From Cyanophora paradoxa CCMP329 (lineage: Eukaryota; Plantae; Glaucophyta): DNA of 64,000 nt. The DNA lies in the NCBI GenBank assembly GCA_004431415.1, contig QPMI01000107.1:1-64000 (forward strand), written 5' to 3'. The notes under the pieces are model-generated. The model saw nothing but the letters and a program-made list of their open reading frames with translations, searched no databases and was not told the origin of the DNA. Both the position numbers and the translations under genes were made by a program. Shown piece after piece: positions 1 through 10,390 of this stretch. Numbering within the stretch: the stretch's first letter is position 1; each line of letters begins with the position of its first letter.

Positions 1-27
1 CTGGGAGGGGGAGAGCCTCAATCACGG

Positions 28-292
28 CTACGCGAATATTCGAGAGTCTAAATCTGGCGCTGGGCTGGCGACGGCGTACAGGGTGATCTCGTTCTTGGCG
101 GGATTGAGCATGATGTGCTGGAAGCAGTCGCCCTTGCGGCACTCCAGCGAGATGTTGCGCAGCAGCCTGCAGTAGTTTGAAGCAGATCTCGCCGTTCTCG
201 TCGAGATCCTCGTCCATGGCCTCGTACTCGAAGATGCCGAAGGTCAGGCAGCAGGTCTCGTACTTGGGGCGCACATTCTTGATTTCTCTTGG
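28..292 (-). CDS. 3' exon of a hypothetical protein (PREIKNVRPKYETCCLTFGIFEYE...CRKGDCFQHIMLNP...; one frameshift)
   Basis: Coding-like codon usage, preceded on the minus strand by an intron GTGAGC...CACAG (367-293); frameshift near 180. Confidence 0.4.
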
Positions 293-530
293 CTGTGAAG
301 TGTGAGCGAGGGCGCGGCGCGGCTGCGGTTTTGAGGCCGTTCAGGTGAGGGTCAGGTGAGCGCTCACCTGAAGAGGGGGGGGAAGTGACGCGGACGCGAA
401 TACGTCATAAGTCGAATACGTCATAGTCCAAAACCTGGACTCGGGACTCGGCCCAGGCCCCGCGGTTAAAAAAATAAGCTCGGACTTGGCGCCATTTTCT
501 GAACCCCGGCTAGCTGCTTAATCCAGTACC

Positions 531-1130
531 ATGGAGCCCGCCATCTCCAGCTAGTCTCCAGGGCGCCAAGCTCGACAAGGCCTCAGTATCTACCTTCAGC
601 TGATCGAGCTGGCCTGGCCGGAGCCAATGATAGCTCAGGCCTGCAAATCGCTCACGTGGCGTTCGATGCGCCGTTCTCAGGTGACCCGACTCAGATGACA
701 TCCTGGACCAAGGAGGAGATAAAAGCCGACTTCGAGGCGCTTTTCTCATTTATGAGCAAGAAGTATGCCGAAATCGAAGCAGCTAAAGCCGCAGCCGCAG
801 CGAAGACGAAGGGCAGAAGGCACCGAAGCCTCAGCGAAGGCCCTGCCGGCGACGAAGGCACCGAAGTTCAAGGCGCTGGCCTCTGCAGAAGGCCAAGGCC
901 AAGGCCGACCTGCTTCGCGTAGGCCAAGGACATAGCCAAGGAGGCCAGCAGCCACAGGCCCGACTGGCCGGCGCCGGCGCCCTACCGCTACCTCAAGCTG
1001 GACAAGCGCAACGATACCGGCTTCACCAGGAGGAGGTGGCCTGAGCCCTTCGGTGGCTGAAGCCAAGGGAGATCAAGTCTGGAGGCGGTATCGAGCTAGC
1101 GCTAGCGCTAGAGGAGGCGGTGCAGACTTA
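531..1130 (+). CDS. Frameshifted Lys/Ala-rich hypothetical protein
   Basis: ATG 531 preceded by ATTTTC; ORF 656-922 reads TSWTKEEIKADFEALFSFMSKKYAEIEAAKAAAAAK; 3' end uncertain. Confidence 0.35.
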
Positions 1131-1668
1131 GAGGAGCAGGCGCTGCTAGATACCATCAACTTGGGCAGGGTAGAGCTGAGCTAGCTAGCTGGTATCGATA
1201 TCTAGCTAGCCTAGCGCTAGCCCAGTGCTTAATTAATTAACTGAAAGGTTGCGGAGGTTGCGGACGCGTCACAAATACGTCATAGTCGAATACGTCATAG
1301 TCCAAAACCTGACTCGGGACTCGGCCCGGCCCTGCCGGTAAAAAAAAGAGACTTGAACAAAAACACCGTACCCCGGTATTTAACTTGAAATCATCATGAC
1401 ATCATGTTCAAGTTGCTATGACATTAACTACATTCAAAAGCAATGAATGCAATAGTGTAGTCAAGCGATCGCGAAAGGATAGCGATAGGATCGGGATAGG
1501 ATAGGTGACACGATAACGATAAGATAAGCTTGCAGATAACAGGGGTACAGTATTATTATTTGAAACTTGGCGAGAGTCTGGGCCCAGGTCCCAAGTCCAG
1601 GTTTTGGACTATGACGTATTCGACTATGACGTATTTGTGACGCGTCCGCAACCTCCGCAACCTTTCAA

Positions 1669-1708
1669 TTGGACATTTGGACATTTGGACATTTGGACAT
1701 TTGGACAT
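1669..1708 (+). repeat. (TTGGACAT)x5 tandem repeat
   Basis: Five perfect 8-mers between the two right-hand inverted motif copies. Confidence 0.9.
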
Positions 1709-1867
1709 AACATGTACCCCCTCCCCAGGGCCGGGCCGAGTCCCGAGTCCAGGTTTTGGACTATGACGTATTCGACTATGACGTATTCGCGTCCGCGTCA
1801 CTTCTCCCCCATCCTACGTTCGCAGCCGCCGGGCACCTCCCACAATTTTCCGAGGTACCCAGCAAGC

Positions 1868-2070
1868 ATGGACTTTACTGACTGCGCAGGTATCAAGCAG
1901 GAGCCCGAGGACCTTCTCTCCGCCGCGCCGCGCCTCCGCCCAAGCAGCGCCGCCGCGCGGGCCCAAGTCCCTTAGCTCCGAGCCCGAGATCCTGGCGACG
2001 CCGGCCCGCGAGCCAGAGACCGTGGACTTGACCCTGGAGGAGCCGCGCGCGGCCCGCCGCGCCTTCTGAT
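1868..2070 (+). CDS. Small hypothetical protein (MDFTDCAGIKQEPEDL...ETVDLTLEEPRAARRAF), frameshifted
   Basis: ATTTTC 17 nt upstream of the ATG; coding-like text continues in a second frame to a TGA near 2070. Confidence 0.35.
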
Positions 2071-2165
2071 CCTGGCCGCCGCGGCCGCCGCGCTCTACTA
2101 CGCCGCCCGGCGCCTGGGCCCGCAGCTCTCGGGCCTGGCCCGGAACCTTTTCTAAGTCTTGCCCA

Positions 2166-2506
2166 ATGGAGGCCCTGCTAGATCTCATGGCCTTTGCGCT
2201 GCCGATCTTCTTCCTGGTGGGCCTCAGCCGCATGGAGCGCGAGGCGCGCCAGCCCGAGCGCGTCGAGCGCGGCCTCACCCCGAAGAGCAGCGCGGCCTCA
2301 CCGAGTGGGACCTGGCGCTCATGGCCGGCCGCATGCTCAACGGCGATCGGCTCGAGGCGGGCCACCGCCTCAAGCTAGAGGACGGCGGCACGGCCGTCTG
2401 GACGGGCGAGGCCTGGACGCACGACTCGACGGGCGAGCCGATGAAGCTGCTCGCCTCCGGCAACAAGTACTGGCGCGGCGACTCGATGGAGTACCGGCGC
2501 CCGTGA
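2166..2506 (+). CDS. Small protein with an N-terminal hydrophobic anchor (one frameshift near 2282)
   Basis: MEALLDLMAFALPIFFLVGL joined to EEQRGLTEWDLALMAGRMLNG...YRRP*. Confidence 0.5.
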
Positions 2507-2532
2507 TTTTCTAGCCCTTCTACCAGCAAAGA

Positions 2533-2814
2533 ATGGCTGACCCTCGCCCGACCCGGCCGCAGGCGTCGAGAGCGCTGGCAGCTCGGACGAGTACTCGGAG
2601 CTCTCGGATCCGGATCCGACGAGCCCTCCGACGCCTTCGCGACCGAGAACGAGCGCTCCTCATGCGCATCTACGAGTCCCTGCGCGAAGCTATCTACTGG
2701 GAGGACCCGCGCCTAGGGACCCTCATGAACTTCTCCAAGTTTGCCGAGTTCATGTTCGCTATGACCGTGCCCTTTACCCGAGTCGTGCTCTGGGATAGGA
2801 ACAGGAACTGGTAG
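2533..2814 (+). CDS. Arg-rich small hypothetical protein
   Basis: Intact 93-aa ORF, ATTTTC 21 nt upstream, basic N-terminal half. Confidence 0.55.
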   Translation: MADPRPTRPQASRALAARTSTRSSRIRIRRALRRLRDRERALLMRIYESLREAIYWEDPRLGTLMNFSKFAEFMFAMTVPFTRVVLWDRNRNW

Positions 2815-2830
2815 TATTGAGTACAGAGCC

Positions 2831-3232
2831 CTACGAGCTAGAGCTGCTATCGCCCGAGTCCAGGCGCGCCTTCTTGGCCTTGGAGCGGCGGAGGCGGGAG
2901 ACGTACTGCAGGCGCAGGTTGCGCACGAGCAGCTCGCCGGCCGTGGTGCCCGGCAGCCGGGAACCGCGTCCGTGGGCAGCAGCTGGCCCTCGCGTATCGC
3001 CTTGTACGTCTTGCGCTTGTTGAATGCAACCTTCTCCGTATCTTCCGTGCCGTCGTACTCGGACGTGGGAAGGAACTGCGAGGCGGTCTTGGGGACTTCT
3101 AGAACCAGCGCGCGCTTGGCCTTCTTGACGGAGACTGCGTTCGCGCGCTCCAGCTTGACGCCGGGCTCCAGGGGGTAGCGGCGACTTCGTTCTCAGCGAA
3201 GGAGACACGGGGGAAGAGCCGCCGCGGGGCAT
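2831..3232 (-). CDS. Basic hypothetical protein (internal frameshifts)
   Basis: ATTTTC 26 nt upstream; better-coding alternate frame VKLERANAVSVKKAKRALVLEVPK; C-terminal NLS-like RRSKAKKARL. Confidence 0.45.
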   Translation of the reverse strand: MPRGGSSPVSPSLRTKSPLPPGARRQAGARERSLRQEGQARAGSRSPQDRLAVPSHVRVRRHGRYGEGCIQQAQDVQGDTRGPAAAHGRGSRLPGTTAGELLVRNLRLQYVSRLRRSKAKKARLDSGDSSSSS

Positions 3233-3248
3233 GGTTCGCTCGCTTTAC

Positions 3249-3574
3249 CTAGCGTTTAGAAAATAGCGCGCGAGCCTCGAGCACCAGGAGACCCGCCACA
3301 ACCGCTGCGGCGATGACCACGGCAACCTTGAGCCAGTGCCAGAAGCGCTCGGCCACGTCCGTGAGCGCGCGGCCCGCCTTGCCCGGTGCGGTGAGTGCGG
3401 AGCCCAGCGCGCCCGCCGCAATGTCCGCCCACGCGCCTCCGTCGCCGCGCAGCACGTTCTCGCGGTTCTTCATCTCGACTGTGGCGCCGATCGCGGCGTT
3501 GAGCTCACCGAACTGCAGCCGCGGCGCGCCCTTGGGCCAAAGGTCTTGGTGAGCAGCGCGTCGAGCCAGCTCAT
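3249..3574 (-). CDS. Small membrane protein with a C-terminal TM (frameshift near 3540)
   Basis: ATG 3574 (MSWLDALLTK) with ATTTTC 19 nt upstream; TM WLKVAVVIAAAVVAGLLVL. Confidence 0.55.
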
Positions 3575-3603
3575 CTCTACTAGCTAGCGCTTCGAAAATC
3601 TAT

Positions 3604-4089
3604 CTAAATCGCGAAGCCGCGCAGGTACCAGACCATGAGGAGCGAGCCGCCGAGCGCCACGAGCAACGGCAGGTGCCCGTCGACCGCGCGCCGCGCCTCC
3701 CAGGCCCAGATCTCCTGGCGGCTCAGCTCGTTCGCGCCGTCGAAGTAAGCGCTGACGCCGTACTCGCGCGCGGGCGCAGGCTGCGACCAGAGGCCGGCGC
3801 TCAGGCGCGGCGCCCCCTCCCTCTGCTGCTGCGAGGCCAGCGCCGCCGTCGCCGCGTGCGCCGCCTCGCGCTGGCCCGGGGCGATCGCCACGAGGGGCAG
3901 GGGCCCGACGCCGCGGCCCTTGCCCGCCGCCTTAATCGACTTCAGCGCCGGCGGCGCCGGGTCCGCGCCCCTTAGCTTAGGCCCCTCCGCCCTCGCCCCG
4001 CCCCCGCCCTTGGCAGCCTCGCCGATCTTGCTGCAGCGCGAGTCCGATTTGAACACTGTACACAACAGCTTCTCTACGGCGTTCGGCAT
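3604..4089 (-). CDS. Hypothetical protein with a C-terminal TM
   Basis: Intact 161-aa ORF; LPLLVALGGSLLMVWYL; ATTTTC 24 nt upstream. Confidence 0.6.
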   Translation of the reverse strand: MPNAVEKLLCTVFKSDSRCSKIGEAAKGGGGARAEGPKLRGADPAPPALKSIKAAGKGRGVGPLPLVAIAPGQREAAHAATAALASQQQREGAPRLSAGLWSQPAPAREYGVSAYFDGANELSRQEIWAWEARRAVDGHLPLLVALGGSLLMVWYLRGFAI

Positions 4090-4207
4090 GTTCAGACGTG
4101 TAACGTGAATGAAGAAAATTTAAAAGGGAACGTCGACGGACTTGAGCAACTTGGAAAAGGGAAAGGGGGGAATGAACTTGGGAAAACTTTGAAAAGGGAG
4201 AGTTAAC

Positions 4208-4399
4208 TTAGCGCCCCGCGGGGCGCATGCCGGCCGTCGCCATCGAGACGGAGCCGGGGGCGTAGAGGGACTTGGCGGCATAGCCGAAGCCCACGCCTAT
4301 GACGGCCGAGGCGGTGGGGGTGCCGCCGAGGAGCCAGGTGAGGGTCGCGGCGAGGGCTCCAAGGGTGTAGTGCTGTGGGTAGCTGTCAGCGAAGGCCAT
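4208..4399 (-). CDS. Small two-TM hydrophobic protein
   Basis: 63 aa; two Gly/Ala-rich hydrophobic segments; ATTTTTTC 27 nt upstream. Confidence 0.6.
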   Translation of the reverse strand: MAFADSYPQHYTLGALAATLTWLLGGTPTASAVIGVGFGYAAKSLYAPGSVSMATAGMRPAGR

Positions 4400-4448
4400 C
4401 GCGGGACCGATTTGAGGGAGGGTTGAGAAAAAATACCGCCTCGGGCCT

Positions 4449-5750
4449 CAGTGGTGGAGGTGGCGGAAGGTCTCGGCGTGGGCCTCCGTCGCCGCCGCCA
4501 CGTCCTCCGCCGCGTCGATCTCCGCGCGCGAGGCCTCCAGCGTCGCCCGCCGCGCGTAGGACTGCGGGACGGCCACGCGCCGGTAGCTGTAGCCGAGGCC
4601 CTTCGACAGCCCCGCCGTCTCCGCCTCGAACGCCCGCCAGCGCTCCGAGGCCTCCGCGCCGGAGATCTGGCCGGCGCGGAAGCCCGCCTCCAGCTCGGCG
4701 CGGAAGGCGAGGGTGTGCTGGAGGCGCTGGGCCCGACGGCCCTGGCGCCGCTCCTCCGCCTCGCGCGCCAGGCGCGCCGCCAGGGCCTGCCGCTCGGCCT
4801 CCTGCTGGGCCCCGAAGCCCTGGATCGCGGAGAGGACGGCGCCGGGGCCGGGGACGGGGCTGGGGCCGTCGGCGCTCGCGGGGGAGGCGGAGGTACCCTG
4901 CCCTTGGATCAGGAGGGGGGCGGGGGGAGGGGGGGTACGGGAGGGAAAGCGGGGGGTACGCGGGGCCGGACCTGGCGCGGCAGCATCTCGTCGATGCGCT
5001 GCTGGCCGGGGCGCTGCTGGGGGGCAGTGGCGGGGGGCTGGGGCGGGAGGAAGGCCGGCGCCGAGTTGCGGGTGCGCTTGCCCTTGCCCTTGGTGTGGGG
5101 CTTGACGAGGAAGGGCCCGACGTCGGCCACCGGGTCCTTGAACTGGGCGACGGGGATCGCGATCGCCTCCAGCGCCGGCTGGCTCTCGCCGAGGGAGAGC
5201 GGGGCCTTGGGACGATGCCGCGGATGTAGGTCTGCCAGACGCCGCCGAGCTTGTAGGAGTAGAGGCGGCACGAGGAGCCGAAGCCGGCGAGGGTCTCGTC
5301 CAGCCGGCCGTTCTCGATGTCAGCGCCGACGGCGGCGGAGGTGTCCGGGCCCTCCGTGCGCGCGATGTACTCGACGATGCCCGCGACGCTCGTCATCCAG
5401 CCCTCCGTCTCCGAGCCGACGAGGAAGGTGGTGGGGTCGACGACGCAGTGGGTGATGATGAAGCGGGTGAGGGGGCAGGAGGCCGTCTCCTGCCAGAAGG
5501 CGAGGCGCTTCTCCCGCAGCCACACCGGCTCGAAGGCCTGGATGCAGGAGGCCTGGCGGCCACCTGCGGCGCGGGCGACGTTAGCGCGTACGACGTCGGG
5601 ACGGGCGGGGAAGGTGCGCGGCTTCGAATCCAGCGGCTCCCGCGAAGCTGCCTGCGGCCCAGTGAGCGTGCTGCGAGCGGGAGGTGGGAGGGATTGGGCG
5701 GGCGGGCCTGCGTCCAGCGCTGAAACGTAGCTCCACTGATGCTATCCGCG
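4449..5750 (-). CDS. Intron-containing hypothetical protein with a helical C-terminus (frameshifted)
   Basis: Coding segments WQETASCPLTRFIITHCVVDP..., KAPLSLGESQPALE... and QQEAERQALAARLAREAEERR...HLHH*; intron 4971-4898 (GTCCGG...CTGAT...GGCAG); further acceptors near 5565 and 5652; start uncertain. Confidence 0.5.
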
Positions 5751-6705
5751 ATGCGCGTAGCCCGCGACTGGCCGCGGACAAGGGAGGGCTTAGCTAGGAC
5801 AAGAACGGGTGTGGGGCGCGGGGCTGGAGGCGCGGGGAGGCGAGCCGGAGCCGCCGAATCGATGCGCGGGCTTGAGAACGAGATCTAGAAGCGTGCGCAA
5901 GTCGCCGCGAACGTCGGCTCGAGTTGCGGAAGGCGCGGCGGCCAATCTCGGCACCTGCTCAGAGACCAAATGTCAGCGGACGCGGGCGAATCGAGCGCGA
6001 GGTTGCGGGGCATGTTCTAGGTGCTAAATGCAAGGATAGAGCGGCAAGAGAGCGAGCTGGCACCTGCGGGATGCGGCGGAGTGCTCCGGCTCGGGCGCCA
6101 TCGAGCTTTCGAAGGTCCGCGGCCGGCGCGAGCGACCCTGCGCGTGGCGGCGTGAGTGCGGCGTCGAGAGAGCTTTCCAGCGCCCAAAATCTGAGGTCCG
6201 GAGCTAGCCGTGGTGCGGAGAAAGAGGTTGCGAAGTGAGGCGCACCTCCGAATCGAAAGGAGCGAGGCGGCGGCTCTCCGGGCTGAGCGGAATGCAAGCT
6301 AGTGCCTCTGGCAAGTGCTGCAAGGAGCGCTGGGCCCGGGCGCTGCGAGATGCGCTGCCCGGGCGCTTTTTTTCGGGTTGGGGTACTGTGTTTTGAGTCG
6401 AAACACGTGGAGCAACCGCGTGAGCCCAAAACTTTCTGAGCTTAGGAGCAAAGGCGGTCGAGCGCTCGGCCGCGCAAGCTAGCTCCGGCGCGCTCTGCCT
6501 TCTCTCTACACGTGTCGCATTCACGTGCGCTCAAAACTTTCTAAGCTTCGGTCAAGCAAGGGGCTAGCGCTTCCGAAGTTCTACGCGCGCGCCTCCCGTC
6601 CGCCGGGCCGACGGTCTGCGCGTCACATCGTCCGCTGCGCCAAGAAGGAGAGATCAAGACGGTGTCAACCGGGTCTAGTTGAGCGCTTAAGGTCGGACCA
6701 AAGCC

Positions 6706-6755
6706 TGTCCCGACCCTCCCAGATCTTTAAATTAATATCTCAGAAGGTCGAGACA
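6706..6755 (+). promoter_or_regulatory. 50-bp palindrome with an AT-rich core (candidate origin / OBP site), upstream copy
   Basis: TGTCCCGACC-CTCCCAGATCTTTAAATTAATATCTCAGAA-GGTCGAGACA, 90 bp upstream of the helicase ATG. Confidence 0.6.
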
Positions 6756-6845
6756 GCAGTCCAGACGTCGACTATAGCTAGCCAACAGACGTTGACTAGC
6801 CTAGTAGATCTAGAATTTTCCAAGCCTAGCTATAGAGAGACGACC

Positions 6846-9800
6846 ATGGCAACCGGACGCGTGTCTCTCGACGTCGACGCCTTCCTGGCCCGTATGCCCG
6901 GCCCGGGGTACAGCAGATAGATCTGAGCGAGCAGGAGTGCAGCTTTTTCGTTCGATTCCCTCTCGTCGAAGTCCAGAAGGCCTGCAGCCCGACCCTGGGG
7001 ACGGCTTTCTGCGTCTTCCACCCGCCCTGCATCACCCCAGCCACTTCTCGGGTGCCGAGGATGAGACGAGCACCGCGGCAGCCTGCGCCTTTGCAACCAA
7101 GTTCGGAGGCTTCACTTTCTCTCGCCCCTTGGATAATGGATTCAAGGCTGCCTACGTCCTACAGAGCCCGGAGGCTTGCGATCTCATGGCATGGTTCTTT
7201 GGGAGCTCGAGCGGCCTGGAGCTCGGTGTGGATGGCACGGGGGGCTACGTTCTGCGGGGGCCGGCGCCCGGGCCGCGAGCGGAGCTCCTCCCCACTCCAT
7301 CCAGAAGCTCGGCGCCCCGCGCTAAGCCCATCCCGGAGCCGGGCGCTCTCCTGGATTCGAGCCCAAGCCTGCCGGCCTTGGAGCGGCTCCTGGACCGCCT
7401 GCGCAAGAACAAGGCGGTGAGGGACGAGATCTGGAAGGCGGGGGCAGAGCTGCGCGCGGACCTTGGCCTGCACGACGCCCGCCGCGTTCAGCACCTTGGA
7501 GTCGAGCCCGACGGGTCCATCACCCTCGTCCTGGGCGGGAGTCAGCCGGGGGCGCCGGCGGCTCGAATCTCCATCCAGGCGCACGGTATTGAAGTCGAGC
7601 TCGAGGGGAGGGACCGGAGGGGAGTCGGGCAGCGTGGCACAGACCCGCTATGTGACCGATCCCTCGCAGCCTGTCGCCTTCGACATTGCCCTCCCCTCCC
7701 TCCTGATCGCGCTCGAGTCGACGGGCCTGGAGGCTTGCGTCAATGCAGTGGATGAACGCCACCTCTCGTGCAAGATCCTTACCTCCGCATTCGGGGCGCT
7801 GGAGCAGAACCCGAGATCCGCTCAGCCGCAGGTCGACGTCATCTGCTCGGGACTCAACACGGGGAAGACGCAGGCGCTGATCGATGCGTACCTGGACCCG
7901 GCCCTTGCAGGCGGCTGGCGAGTGATCCTCGTGACTTGCCGCCGGGCCTTCTCCCGCGACCTCAAGCGTCGCATTGATGCTGCGGAGTTGTCAAAGGACG
8001 CCGTGCTTTACATGGACATCAAGAAGCCACCGGAGAGCTCAAAGGGATCGCATGGCAAGTGGGGCTTCCGCCATGAGGAGTGCAGGTGCGTCGTCATCAC
8101 ATGGGACTCGCTGCACAAGGTGCTCGAGGACTGGGAGGGCTGGTCGACGGCGCCGCTACTGGTCGTGCTGGACGAGCTCTCCTCCCTCACGAAGCACCTC
8201 ACCTCGAGCGGCACCCTCGAGCCCACCGGCCTGCACCTAGGTATGCGGTCAGTGCCTCGAAACGCGCGCTGCGTGGGCCTATGGCGCGGCGTGATGAAGG
8301 CATCGCGCATCGTGGCGATGGACGGCTTCGTTCGGTCGGTCGATCTCGCGTACCTGGCAGAGTCGGCGCAGGAGGTCGGGGCGCGCCTGGGGCTCCTGTA
8401 CAACTCGCATCGCACCTGCGACTGGAAGATGCGCGTGTCAGACAGCCCGGCGCACGTCGAGGCGGACATCATGGCGCTGTGCAGACCGGGCGCTGCGGGC
8501 GATGATCATTGCAGAGACGCCGGCCAAGGCGATCGAGATGCAGGAGAAGATTGCGAAGCAGGCGCTGGAGCAGCTCAGCCTGGGCGGCGCTCAGTACGTG
8601 ACTCAGCTCGAGGCAGGGCCCGAGGACGGCAGCGGCGCACCGTTCACGATCGGGCTCATCGTTGGGCAGGCCAAGGAGAAGAGCGTGCGCTTCACGAACG
8701 AGGGCCCAGTGCGCATCGTGTCGATCGATGTGTCTGAGGAGGGCGCGTACAAGGCCTGCGACGTGCTCATCGCAACTTCCGCGCTCGGGGCAGGCGTGGA
8801 CTTTTCGGACGCGCACTTTGACAAGGTCTACGGCGTGTTCCAGGCAGAGCCCGCGCAGCTGGAGGCGGACGACATCGTGCAGCTGCTGTTTCGAGTCAGA
8901 AGGCTGCGCAAACGCAGCACGCCCGACGGAGAGCACCTGCTCGTCGCCGTGCGCAAGAACCGGACGCCCTCGGTTGCGGTCGGCGCGGCGGCTGCGCACT
9001 GGCGTGAGAGCGACGACGACGAGAGCTCGGACGACATGCAGCGCTACCTGGACCTGAAGGCTAGCCACCGCGGGAGCCGCCGCGCCGGCATGCCCACTCG
9101 GCGCCTCGCAGTGGCAGCGCGCCTGCGGCTGATGTCGACCTGCGCGCTGATGAACGTGCAAGTCACGGAGGATCAAAACCCGAGCGGACCGAAGCAGGAG
9201 AAGGAGCAGCGGCTGCGCGAGATCAGGAGCGTGCTGGAGGCGGGCGCGCTGGAGCCCGTCGATCTGTGGAGCACGGTGCTGGCCTGGAGGCAGTCCCGCG
9301 AGTCTCTCGCTAAGCTGGACATCGAGAAGGTTGCTTCGCTTGCTCGCACGTCGATCGCCGCGTTCCTGGCCAAGGATCCGAGCGAGCTGACCGAAGGAGA
9401 CGTCGCCTGGATGTGGGATTCGTTCTACTCCATCCCGCTCACTGCCGTGGTCACGCTGGTGCTGAAGCATGGCGCGGACGTTGCCGAGATCGTGCCTACT
9501 GCTGAGCGCCTCAAGGTATCGAAGGTCGTCGCGCTGTTCAAGAAACTCTTCGGCTGGCGGGGTATGGAAAGCTCGCGGGGCGTGCTCTGTGGTCGGACGA
9601 AGCCTACGCGGCCCTGGCGTCGCCGGAGGGTCGGGAGGCGTACGCGGCTCTGCAGAGTCTGGACGAGCGCGCGCCCCGCTTCGATGCAGCGGACGGTGAG
9701 AAGAAGCGGCTCTCGCAGCAGTCTTGGCAAGTCATCAAGTACCTGCTGGAGAAGTACCTCGGAGTGAGACGCGCTTTCTCCGACGCGGACGGAGGGCAAA

Positions 9801-9961
9801 TGGGCAGCCGAAAGCGACGCTACATCACGTGGGAGGAAGACATGCTCGACGACGCAGTAGAGCGCCAGGCTAAGCAGGCAAGGGCAGGCATGGCGCCAAG
9901 CTTCCCAGAGGTTTACAACGTTTTCTCCGACTGCTATGCTCTCATTCACAGGCGCGTGTGA
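6846..9961 (+). CDS. Replication origin-binding protein, SF2 helicase of the herpesvirus UL9 / NCLDV OBP type (about 5 frameshifts)
   Basis: Motif I CSGLNTGKT; Ia ILVTCRRAFS (UL9 VVSCRRSF); ITWDSLHKV (UL9 VQVESLHRV); II VLDELSS; III IVAMDG; V VLIATSALGAGVDF; VI IVQLLFRVRRL. Pieces lie in ORFs 6937-7755, 7463-8737, 8502-9767 and 9764-9961. Confidence 0.88.
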
Positions 9962-10062
9962 TTGTCGGATGTCACAGTGTGGACTTCGCGAACGGGATGC
10001 GCGTGCCAGTGTGTAAATACGAACGTGCGAATTCAAGTGACGTCATGCATATGATCAATGAA

Positions 10063-10112
10063 TGTCTCGACTTTTTGAGATATTAATTTAAAGATCTGGG
10101 AGGGTCGGGACA
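10063..10112 (-). promoter_or_regulatory. Inverted copy of the 50-bp palindrome, downstream of the OBP gene
   Basis: Reverse complement matches 6706-6755 nearly exactly. Confidence 0.65.
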
Positions 10113-10390
10113 TTGCGAGGGCGGACGAGAGTGAGGGCATGCACTCTCTATGTGTCCCGACCTTTTCTGAACAACTCATGATTGCCGTATCATCGATCTG
10201 CATTTACTCACTTCGTTCTCTGTCGCTTGCACATGCGCGGTGTGGGATTACTAATTAGATCTAGTCTCCCTAGCCCTCTGCGGCCGCCTTCCTGCCCCCT
10301 GCAAAGAGCAGCTCAACCAAATCCTGTGGGGTCTGATTCATTGCAGACTCGCCTTCCCCGCCTGGGCCTGAGCTACACCAAGCTACGGTG

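Larger units (their letters stand above)
382..1804. repeat. Four copies of an ~80-90 bp motif (core AATACGTCATAGTCGAATACGTCATAGTCCAAAACCT(G)GACT) arranged as nested inverted repeats
   Basis: Copies at 382-460 (fwd), 1242-1334 (fwd), 1580-1667 (rev) and 1726-1804 (rev). The outer pair share the GAAGTGACGCGGACGCG end; the inner pair share the TGAAAGGTTGCGGAGGTTGCGG end. Confidence 0.9.

Noticed and set aside
1669-1708. Telomeric repeat
   Set aside because: The 8-mer lacks a typical G-run telomere consensus, has only five copies, and is internal
5760-6700. ORFs or RNA genes in the GC-rich spacer before the OBP gene
   Set aside because: No recognisable protein, tRNA or rRNA features; only a vague word-level resemblance to the 13.5-14.2 kb repeat
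6846-9961. Programmed ribosomal frameshifting or introns explaining the OBP frame breaks
   Set aside because: There are too many shifts, no slippery heptamers or splice signals were noticed at the breaks, and neighbouring genes show the same indels
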